From NCBI RefSeq assembly GCF_945906775.1, contig NZ_CAMDRE010000002.1:741513-773512 (forward strand): a stretch of DNA of 32,000 bases. The letters are read 5' to 3'. Both the position numbers and the translations under genes were made by a program. How positions within the stretch are numbered: the stretch's first letter is position 1; every line of letters begins with the position of its first letter. Below the pieces are notes generated by a model, which saw only the letters and a program-made list of their open reading frames with translations, did not search any database and was not told where the DNA came from. The DNA is from Citrobacter sp. Marseille-Q6884. Lineage in GTDB: Bacteria; Pseudomonadota; Gammaproteobacteria; Enterobacterales; Enterobacteriaceae. This document shows positions 11,938-18,018 of the stretch, piece by piece.

Positions 11938-12663
11938 TTATGCCGCCTGTTTGAGTTCTCTGATTCGAATGCCGGTAACGTCTTTGCACTTCGCCTGATG
12001 CTCAGAAAATCCGTTTAACAACTTCCACGTTTCTTCATAACGAGCTTTCAATTTCACGCCGTCGTTTTCTTTGCTGGCATATTGGGAGAAATCGGCGAGC
12101 ACCTTGTCAGCATCCACGTCTTGATATGGTTCTGACTCGTTGATTTGCTCTGGTGACTGTGTTTCTGGCTGATGAACAACTGTTCCGTCAGGTAATGCCC
12201 AGGCTGGAAGGGAAGGCGGTTTCCAGTAAAACACGCCAGCCTCTTTTGACTTGGCATAATGGAATCCTGGTGCCCGCTGTGCCGATACAATGGCGAAGCC
12301 TTCCTCCAGGTTGTAGAGGTAACGCCCGATACCCCACTGGACAGCTGCACGCTTCATAGCTCCTGAGCGACCACCTTTAACCGCTTCTACTTGCGTGTTT
12401 TCGGCTGCGTCCCACTTGGTGATCCACTCGCCATCAACTTTGATGGAAATACCGCACTCAACCCCTCCATTGTTCGGGATATCGCGATACTCGTTACGCC
12501 ATCCAGCCTTACCACATACCTCATCAAGGCGCTTCATGATTGCCCTGTTGGTTACGTAGGCCAGCACTTTTGCCCAGATACCGTTATTATTTTTTCCCGC
12601 CTGCTGAATGCGCCATTCAATATCTTCACTGGCAAATGGCGCATCTAACTGATCCAGATTCAT
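11938..12663 (-). CDS. Rad52/Rad22-type single-strand annealing recombinase
   Basis: 241-aa ORF. DIEWRIQQAG...AYVTNRAIMKRLDEV.G..GW...Y and AMKRAAVQWGIGRYLY are signatures of the Rad52/22 phage recombinase family. Confidence 0.8.
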   Translation of the reverse strand: MNLDQLDAPFASEDIEWRIQQAGKNNNGIWAKVLAYVTNRAIMKRLDEVCGKAGWRNEYRDIPNNGGVECGISIKVDGEWITKWDAAENTQVEAVKGGRSGAMKRAAVQWGIGRYLYNLEEGFAIVSAQRAPGFHYAKSKEAGVFYWKPPSLPAWALPDGTVVHQPETQSPEQINESEPYQDVDADKVLADFSQYASKENDGVKLKARYEETWKLLNGFSEHQAKCKDVTGIRIRELKQAA

Positions 12664-12818
12664 GTAAAATCCCCCGCAAATTCGGCCATGCTGATAATCG
12701 GATTCTGTTGCTCAGCAGCCAGGTTAACCGGCTCATCTTTTTCATCTGGAGAAACGAGAGCAACATCAGCCATCATCCGAATGAAAGAATCATCATCCCA
12801 TCGCTCTGCTACGCTCAT
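12660..12818 (-). CDS. small acidic hypothetical protein (52 aa)
   Basis: Not in the ORF track because it is under 60 aa. I translated MSVAERWDDDSFIRMMADVALVSPDEKDEPVNLAAEQQNPIISMAEFAGDFT. ATGA overlaps at both ends suggest translational coupling to the flanking genes. Confidence 0.5.
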   Translation of the reverse strand: MSVAERWDDDSFIRMMADVALVSPDEKDEPVNLAAEQQNPIISMAEFAGDFT

Positions 12819-13012
12819 GCCGCTCGCTCCTGATGTGTGATTACATAACCCTGTTCAGCAAGCCATTCGAGAACTACAGCACCATCTAACTGCGGGAGGA
12901 CTTCTCGTGTGTCTACCGTTCCATCAAGCGTCACGCCATCAAGCTCTAAGACCTGATTACGCTGGCTGTCCAGATATCCATGAGCGTGGTCATATTTGAG
13001 TTTCAGTTTCAT
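12815..13012 (-). CDS. hypothetical protein (65 aa from the internal ATG)
   Basis: The track ORF is 12815-13054. I prefer the ATG at 13012 (MKLKLKYDHAHG...) because GAGGTG lies 5 nt upstream and the longer form would overlap the upstream gene. Confidence 0.5.
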   Translation of the reverse strand: MKLKLKYDHAHGYLDSQRNQVLELDGVTLDGTVDTREVLPQLDGAVVLEWLAEQGYVITHQERAA

Positions 13013-13019
13013 ATGCACC

Positions 13020-13991
13020 TCAGTAGTTAATTTGTGTTCTCGGTACCAGACCATCCATCAGCGCTTTCAGGACTTCGATAGCCTGGTCGCGTGAGATGCT
13101 GGTATTAGCGGTGAGTGCGTTTACGATTTCAGTGCCAACGGCTTTGCGGTGCTTCACGTCAGCTTCACGCTTTGCCTTTTCGTCAGCGATGCGTTTCTCT
13201 TCTTCCAAACGGGCGGCTTCTTTCGCTTCAGCTTCACGCTTAATGCGATCTGCTTCTTCCTGAGCTTTTCGCTGTTCCGCTTCAATGGCTGCTTTCTTCT
13301 CTGCTTCAGCTTTCGCCGCGGCGTCTTTTGCTTCCTGCTCTGCGCGTTCTTGTGCTTGCTTAGCCAGTAATTCAGCCTGTGCTCTTGCTGCAATCGCATC
13401 CTCTTCGCGCTTCTTCGCTGCCGCCAGTTCAGCGGCTGCTTTCTCTTCGGCTTCTCGCTTGGCCTGTTCTGCTGCCTGACGCTTTAACTCTTCTTCATGA
13501 GCAATGCGCTGGCGTTCCGCTTCTGCTTTTTTCTCAGCCATTTCACGGTCGAATGCATCGTTCATCAGCAAAGCAATTTCATGATCGGATTCGAACTTCT
13601 TCCGGTCTTCCTCGGCTTTAATTTTGGCGGCTTCCTCTGCCTTAATTCGCTCCTGCTCAGCCTCCCACTCTGTTAGCGGTCGGCGCACTTCATCTTTCAG
13701 CGCATCCAGACGCTCACGAACAATACGGCGACTCTCATCAATCTGCTTTGGCAATGCTTTCAGTTCTGCTACAAGGTCTTTACCGGCGTTGTCGATGTAT
13801 GTTTTTGAACGCGCAACCTTGTGCGCCATGGATGCGATAGCATCACGGCCTTTCTTGGTTGATACATCCGGTACCAGGCTGCGAGCTTCTTTCTCGATTT
13901 TTTCAATGATGGGATCGAGTTGCTCGTTATTGGTGAATACAGCCATTGCGCTCGATTTTTCGATAACGACTAAATCCGTTACTTCACTCAT
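13020..13991 (-). CDS. DUF1351-like phage protein with a long E/A/K-rich coiled coil
   Basis: 323-aa ORF with a strong SD (AGGAGA). The N-terminal about 100 aa resemble DUF1351 proteins found beside phage recombinases. The central about 170 aa are low-complexity AEEKAKREAE-type sequence. Confidence 0.6.
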   Translation of the reverse strand: MSEVTDLVVIEKSSAMAVFTNNEQLDPIIEKIEKEARSLVPDVSTKKGRDAIASMAHKVARSKTYIDNAGKDLVAELKALPKQIDESRRIVRERLDALKDEVRRPLTEWEAEQERIKAEEAAKIKAEEDRKKFESDHEIALLMNDAFDREMAEKKAEAERQRIAHEEELKRQAAEQAKREAEEKAAAELAAAKKREEDAIAARAQAELLAKQAQERAEQEAKDAAAKAEAEKKAAIEAEQRKAQEEADRIKREAEAKEAARLEEEKRIADEKAKREADVKHRKAVGTEIVNALTANTSISRDQAIEVLKALMDGLVPRTQINY

Positions 13992-14064
13992 GGTCTCTCC
14001 TGAAATTTGGTTGTGCGCTTCCCGTCTGCGAAAGGCCGGACAGGGAGTGATTAAAGTGGGGGGG

Positions 14065-14358
14065 TTACTTGCCTAGTGCTTTGGCGATTACGTAGCTAGC
14101 CATCATTAGAGGATGTTCTTCGTGACAATCATCTGGACACACACCGCAGACGTCTTCTGCGTAATCTCGAAGCTTCTGTAGCGCTTCGAGTAATTCAGGT
14201 GCTGCTGATATTAATTGCGCATCCTCTCGTTCGTTTCTGGTTGCAATTTCAATGTACGTGTCGCCCATAACCACGCCGTGGAATGTCGTCATCATTTCAT
14301 TCACATTTCTGATTGTGTATTTCCACGGACCAGGCGTTCCTTTGAATTCTTCCATCAC
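14065..14358 (-). CDS. hypothetical phage protein (97 aa)
   Basis: A GTG at 14358 or an ATG at 14355 overlaps the upstream stop. The GTPGPW...LISAAPELLEALQ pattern is common in small enterobacterial prophage proteins of unknown function. Confidence 0.6.
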   Translation of the reverse strand: MMEEFKGTPGPWKYTIRNVNEMMTTFHGVVMGDTYIEIATRNEREDAQLISAAPELLEALQKLRDYAEDVCGVCPDDCHEEHPLMMASYVIAKALGK

Positions 14359-14663
14359 ACCCTCACTTCAAACGAGTTACGATTTACCCTGACTCCAAGC
14401 GCTTTACGCTGGGCCTCAATTGCCTGTTGCAGCATCACCGAATCTTCCAAATAGCGAGCAATGGCTTTCTTGCTCAGTGATGCGCGGAGCTTGTGCGAGT
14501 CAACAATGACCTGATTAACGATGTGACCGAAGCCATTCTTAATCATCTGGTCACGGTTCATTACCAGCTTGTGGCGAACGTTGCCGACTTCTACCAGTTG
14601 CCATGAATGACCGTTTGCAATCTTTGTCACTGTGTACTGCTTGTTGTTGTGGGTGACTGTCAT
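14355..14663 (-). CDS. hypothetical protein (102 aa)
   Basis: ORF with a GGAGG SD and ATGA overlap with the upstream gene. Confidence 0.55.
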   Translation of the reverse strand: MTVTHNNKQYTVTKIANGHSWQLVEVGNVRHKLVMNRDQMIKNGFGHIVNQVIVDSHKLRASLSKKAIARYLEDSVMLQQAIEAQRKALGVRVNRNSFEVRV

Positions 14664-14896
14664 GATGCCTCCCGGGCGCGGAGCATTGCGTCTGCGATGT
14701 GATACGCATCAACAGCTAATTCTCTGTACTGCGGTGAGTCCGGGCCACCACCAAATGAATGTCCGTCGTATCTACGCACAATTGCTGCCATCGCTTTTAT
14801 TGCCATGTAATCACGCAGCGTCATGCCTTCAATTGGGTAGTTGTGATCGCTTCCAGCAACTGGAAACGCTGGGCCGCCGTTATTTTCTTTGCTCAT
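14660..14896 (-). CDS. hypothetical phage protein (78 aa)
   Basis: The track ORF extends to 15001. I chose ATG 14896 (MSKENNGGPAFP...GMTLRDYMAIKAMAA...) with GGAG 6 nt upstream. The longer form runs through two hairpins. Confidence 0.55.
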   Translation of the reverse strand: MSKENNGGPAFPVAGSDHNYPIEGMTLRDYMAIKAMAAIVRRYDGHSFGGGPDSPQYRELAVDAYHIADAMLRAREAS

Positions 14897-15029
14897 AATC
14901 ATCTCCGCGCTTAAGCCGCGCCGCTGAACGTAAAGACCTCTGCATGCAATTTTCATCACTGCAAAATTAAGCGGTGGATAGCCGCCGTGATACCACAGCA
15001 CCCTCGTGAAGGAGCTGTGGTATCAGCAA

Positions 15030-15051
15030 TAAAAAACCCGCCGAAGCGGGT
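15030..15051 (-). terminator. intrinsic terminator after the DUF551 gene
   Basis: The minus strand reads ACCCGC-TTCG-GCGGGT followed by TTTTTTAT, starting 1 nt after the stop codon. Confidence 0.7.
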
Positions 15052-15276
15052 CTATTCAGTCGGTGGGTGAGGTAGCGGCATCCAGTGGGTTACGTTTATT
15101 GGGTGCCACTCGATGCCGTAGTTGTGCTCATAAACCTGTGCGTACCAGCCAGCGCCTTTCTTGTTGAATTTGTCGTACTGCCCAACATGCAATTCAACGC
15201 CAAAGTCCGGAAGCGGCCAGATTTGAACAAACTCGTCGCTATCTGGCATCCGCTCACTGCACTTAATCCACTCCAT
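15052..15276 (-). CDS. DUF551-domain protein
   Basis: 74-aa ORF. MEWIKCSERMPD...VTHWMPLPHPP is the characteristic DUF551 pattern. Confidence 0.7.
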   Translation of the reverse strand: MEWIKCSERMPDSDEFVQIWPLPDFGVELHVGQYDKFNKKGAGWYAQVYEHNYGIEWHPINVTHWMPLPHPPTE

Positions 15277-15409
15277 CGCCTTACCCTCTGTTTGTATCGT
15301 GAGCTAATAAAAAGTCCGCCATCAGGTAGCCTCAGCTTGAATTAGTGCCGGGATTTTTATCCACGCCCGGCGCGTGGTTTCCCGCTATTCCCCAACAGCA
15401 AGAAATCGC

Positions 15410-15751
15410 TTACTCTTTAATCTCCCCAACAGTAGAAAGGATATATTCATGCAAACCATGCGGACCGTGTGCCCTGACTGTGGAAGTGAGATGTTCAACC
15501 AGCCCGATGATTTTGACTTTGAGACAAATTTCACCGGCGTCAGTTGTGCTGACTGTGGTCGCGAAATCACTAAGGACGATGTTGTCAATCAGGCCACGGA
15601 CACGGTCAAAAAACAGCTCGACGACATGCTCAGGAATTCCCTCAAAGGAACTGGCTGGAAGTTCGACTAATTTCAAAAGCTCCCCGAACTGAGTAAGAAC
15701 CTCACTGGCGTCTACGTTAAGCAGTAGTGGCGCCGTTTTTTTATCTGCCAT
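15410..15751 (-). CDS. hypothetical protein (113 aa), co-directional with the PL operon
   Basis: The ATG lies 5 nt after GAGG (GAGGTGTGTATG). The ORF extends 27 codons upstream and 13 codons downstream beyond the antisense zinc-ribbon ORF. No recognisable motif. Confidence 0.45.
   Translation of the reverse strand: MADKKTAPLLLNVDASEVLTQFGELLKLVELPASSFEGIPEHVVELFFDRVRGLIDNIVLSDFATTVSTTDAGEICLKVKIIGLVEHLTSTVRAHGPHGLHEYILSTVGEIKE
15449..15670 (+). CDS. small zinc-ribbon protein (73 aa); opposite strand to the surrounding operon
   Basis: The ATG lies 7 nt after AAGGA. Two CxDCG knuckles (CPDCGSEM and CADCGREI) are 22 residues apart, and the tail is acidic. It is fully antisense to the 15410-15751 ORF. 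Confidence 0.45.
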   Translation: MQTMRTVCPDCGSEMFNQPDDFDFETNFTGVSCADCGREITKDDVVNQATDTVKKQLDDMLRNSLKGTGWKFD

Positions 15752-15805
15752 ACACACCTCATAAGTTAATTAACGCGCCGTAACCGAATCTTTGCTATTG
15801 CGATA

Positions 15806-16135
15806 TCAAATCAGCGGGGTAGATTTGCCGCGTGATTTCTGCACCGCGTGAATTTTGTTGCCGAACGGGTTGCTGTCTTTTTGAGAGTTCAGATGCATTC
15901 TTCTCTCCAGCTTTAATCTGTTAGCCTGATGGAATTCGGCAGCCTTAAGAATCTGCGTAGCCATTTCGTTTTTGATTGGCTCTACAGCCTTACCAATACG
16001 ATTTACAGAACGCTTGAATTTAATGGCTCTTGAGCTCTCTGGCTTGGCGCTCACCCCAACCAACAGGGGATTTGCAGCTTTCCATTCGGCCTGTTTCTCT
16101 GCGCGGCGTTCGCGGCGGCGTGCTTGTGCATCCAT
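15806..16135 (-). CDS. N: lambda-type antitermination protein N
   Basis: 109-aa ORF. The N-terminus MDAQARRRERRAEKQAEWKAANPLLVGVSAKP is nearly identical to the arginine-rich motif region of lambda N, and the C-terminal ...KGKSTPLI resembles lambda ...KGKSIPLI. Confidence 0.92.
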   Translation of the reverse strand: MDAQARRRERRAEKQAEWKAANPLLVGVSAKPESSRAIKFKRSVNRIGKAVEPIKNEMATQILKAAEFHQANRLKLERRMHLNSQKDSNPFGNKIHAVQKSRGKSTPLI

Positions 16136-16247
16136 TGTGAATCTCCTGTCAGTTAGCTTTGGTGGTGCCGCGCCGGATGCTGATCTTCCGGTTGCTGTCG
16201 GTGCAGCTGCAATTCACGACACCCCAAAGCTTTCTGCTTTGAATGCT

Positions 16248-16278
16248 GCGCTTTTTCAGCGCCAGATTTTTAAGAGCA
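16248..16278 (-). promoter_or_regulatory. nutL (boxA TGCTCTTA plus boxB hairpin GCGCT-GAAAA-AGCGC)
   Basis: On the minus strand, boxA-like TGCTCTTA (16271-16278) is followed 8 nt later by a boxB-like 15-mer (16248-16262). It has the lambda GAAAA loop and lies between PL and N. Confidence 0.75.
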
Positions 16279-16315
16279 TCACCGTCCTGGTGAGTAGTGC
16301 GTCCTGCTGATGGGG

Positions 16316-16352
16316 TTAATATATGCGTTATGCGCAAATGCGTCAAGCGCAT
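16316..16352 (-). promoter_or_regulatory. PL promoter with OL operators
   Basis: On the minus strand: TTGACG (16341-16346), a 17-nt spacer, then TATATT (16318-16323). These overlap two adjacent 15-bp operator-like sites, ATGCGTcaaGCGCAT (16338-16352) and ATGCGTtatGCGCAA (16323-16337). Confidence 0.7.
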
Positions 16353-16443
16353 AATTATAGTGAAAAGGGTGTTGCTGCTTTAAATTAATTTATGCGTATG
16401 ATTCAAAAGGAATTAAAAAATTTACTGATATTGCTTAAGGCAC

Positions 16444-16466
16444 AAAAAAACCCGCCGGAGCGGGTT
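16444..16466 (-). terminator. intrinsic terminator after the repressor gene
   Basis: The minus strand reads ACCCGC-TCCG-GCGGGT followed by TTTTTTTGTG, 20 nt after the cI-like stop. Confidence 0.75.
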
Positions 16467-16485
16467 ATTTATATGAGGTTTTGTG

Positions 16486-17193
16486 TTAACCGTGTCTGCG
16501 GAACTGCTGTGACTGGCTTAGCATTACTCTACCAGATACGTGAAGCATCGCAGCCTCTTCAGGGCTTATGCTCCACTCTCTATACTTTGGGTTGTCCGAG
16601 ATTACGAACAGATCATTTTTAACTTTTTGAAGACGTTTGACGAAAGTATCACCATTGAAATCGAAAACGTAAATACCATCGCCATCGAAGTAATTGACTC
16701 TGATATCCACAAAAATCAAATCGCCCGGCTCAATGGTTCCCTGCATACTATCGCCGCGCACATTGATAAGCTTCACTGATTTTTGAGGGATGCTACCAAA
16801 TATAGATTTTGCCTGGTCAACGTCATACTCAATTGATCGGACAACCTCCACAATGTCTTTTGATGGCGAGCCATTGCCTGCGCTGGCGGAAACGTTAAGA
16901 ACATCAACCCTATACACATCCTTTTCCTCTCGACTGTTTAGGGAATCTACACTGTATGAATCTACAGTATTTCCCTCATCATCGGAAGAGAATAGTACAG
17001 CTACAGGAACATCGAGAGCTTTCGCTATTTTTCTTAGAAGCTGATCGCTATACCCTTGAATGCCACGCTCAAGGCGTGAAAGGTTACCGACGTCGCTATC
17101 TACAAGAAGCGCCATCTCATTCAATGTGTATTTATTTTTCTTCCTAAGAAGTCGTATCTTTTCACCTACTTTCATATCTTCATTAGAAAACAT
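16486..17193 (-). CDS. cI: cI-like prophage repressor (XRE HTH plus S24 LexA-type autopeptidase domain)
   Basis: 235-aa ORF. N-terminal HTH (YTLNEMALLVDSDVGNLSRLERG), a candidate Ala-Gly cleavage site (SASAGNG), Ser nucleophile GDSM and Lys in FVKRL. It is divergent from cro and AT-rich. Confidence 0.9.
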   Translation of the reverse strand: MFSNEDMKVGEKIRLLRKKNKYTLNEMALLVDSDVGNLSRLERGIQGYSDQLLRKIAKALDVPVAVLFSSDDEGNTVDSYSVDSLNSREEKDVYRVDVLNVSASAGNGSPSKDIVEVVRSIEYDVDQAKSIFGSIPQKSVKLINVRGDSMQGTIEPGDLIFVDIRVNYFDGDGIYVFDFNGDTFVKRLQKVKNDLFVISDNPKYREWSISPEEAAMLHVSGRVMLSQSQQFRRHG

Positions 17194-17272
17194 TTATGCG
17201 TCCTTCGCAAAGCGCCTTGCGCAAAATTTGCAGATGGATTAATATGCGTCTAACGCATTATGGAGGTGCAAT
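17194..17272. promoter_or_regulatory. OR operators with PR (and presumably PRM)
   Basis: A perfect palindrome ATGCGTctaACGCAT sits at 17244-17258, with weaker sites at 17196-17210 and about 17211-17224. PR candidate: TTGCGC (17217-17222), 17 nt, TAATAT (17240-17245), then a GGAGG SD for cro. Confidence 0.7.
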
Positions 17273-17485
17273 ATGTGTACACCACTTAGAAAAATGCGCG
17301 TAGAGAAAGGTCTGACAATTTCTGAAGTTTCCAAAATGACAGAAATTGACGTTGGCAACCTGAGCCGAATTGAACGCGGTATGCAGGTTACATCTCTGGA
17401 GACAGCTGAAAAGCTATCCAAGTTCTTCGAAGGGAAGATCTCAGAGATGCAGATTCTCTACCCGCATCGGTATATGGCAGCCTAA
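17273..17485 (+). CDS. cro: Cro-like XRE-family HTH repressor
   Basis: 70-aa ORF divergent from cI. The HTH is LTISEVSKMTEIDVGNLSRIERG. Confidence 0.85.
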   Translation: MCTPLRKMRVEKGLTISEVSKMTEIDVGNLSRIERGMQVTSLETAEKLSKFFEGKISEMQILYPHRYMAA

Positions 17486-17492
17486 GAAACAC

Positions 17493-17525
17493 CGCTCTTA
17501 TCACATCTCAGCCCTGAAAAAGGGC
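17493..17525 (+). promoter_or_regulatory. nutR (boxA CGCTCTTA plus boxB GCCCTGAAAAAGGGC)
   Basis: Exact lambda boxA (17493-17500) and exact lambda nutR boxB (17511-17525), located just after the cro stop. Confidence 0.9.
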
Positions 17526-17607
17526 GATTCAAAACAACAAGTCTTTATGGCTATGCGTGTCCGCGCATGGCCTTTAACCATTTTTTACACCAAAGGAATT
17601 ATCACAG

Positions 17608-17931
17608 ATGGAAAACTCAATTAACCGCAACAAGGTCAATGCCCGTCGCATTGAATCCTGGTTGCTAAACCGTATCGCCATGAAAGGTGGAAGCAACGTA
17701 GCTAAAGAGATTGGCGTCGATAAGGCACAGATAACCCGCTGGAAAGAAACGTGGCTGCCGAAGATGGCAATGCTGTTGGCAGTTCTTGAGTGGGGTGTGG
17801 TTGATGACGATATCGCAAGGGTTTCAAAGCAAGTTGCTCTCTACCTTGAAGAGAACATTTTGACGAACGTCAGAAAGAAAAAATCCCCGGCGGCAACCGA
17901 GGATTCAGATCAAATCACCATGCAATTCTGA
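17608..17931 (+). CDS. cII: CII transcriptional activator
   Basis: 107-aa ORF. RIESWLLNRIAM.G....A..IGVDKAQITRWKETWLPKMAMLLAVLEWGVVDDDIAR closely parallels lambda CII. Confidence 0.92.
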   Translation: MENSINRNKVNARRIESWLLNRIAMKGGSNVAKEIGVDKAQITRWKETWLPKMAMLLAVLEWGVVDDDIARVSKQVALYLEENILTNVRKKKSPAATEDSDQITMQF

Positions 17932-17956
17932 GTCGAATAACTGGATCAATTCACAG
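17874..17956 (-). ncRNA. oop: oop-like antisense RNA (overlaps the cII 3' end)
   Basis: Minus-strand promoter TTTACT (17985-17990), 17 nt, CATAAT (17962-17967). The terminator CCTCGGTTGCCGCCGGGG+ATTTTTTCTTT (17871-17901) is very close to the lambda oop terminator ...CTCGGTTGCCGCCGGGCGTTTTTTATT as I recall it. Predicted length is about 80 nt and the ends are approximate. Confidence 0.6.
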
Positions 17957-18018
17957 GAGTAATTATGCCTGGACAAAACAGACAAGTAAACCATGACAGA
18001 TGCAATGGAGAATGATTT

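Noticed and set aside
13149-13621. Apparent tandem DNA repeats; considered a CRISPR-like or satellite array.
   Set aside because: There is no regular repeat/spacer periodicity. The pattern is codon-level low complexity from the E/A/K-rich coiled-coil coding region.
14897-15001. N-terminal extension of ORF 14660-15001.
   Set aside because: It reads through the left arm of the 12-bp hairpin at 14988-15025. The internal ATG at 14896 has an SD and matches the usual MSKENNGGPAFP-type start.
16149-16352. 67-aa minus-strand ORF between PL and N.
   Set aside because: It covers the PL transcript leader, including nutL boxA and boxB. It has no SD and looks like a non-coding leader.
16392-16622. 76-aa plus-strand ORF near the end of the repressor gene.
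   Set aside because: It reads through the repressor terminator hairpin and is antisense to the cI 3' end. It lies in AT-rich low-information sequence and has no SD.
17965-18015. 16-codon uORF (MPGQNRQVNHDRCNGE) with an AGGAG SD, ending 3 nt before the replication initiator ATG.
   Set aside because: The same DNA carries the -10 and -35 of the oop-like promoter on the other strand. The ORF is very short with no recognisable features. A coupling role is possible but not supportable from sequence alone.
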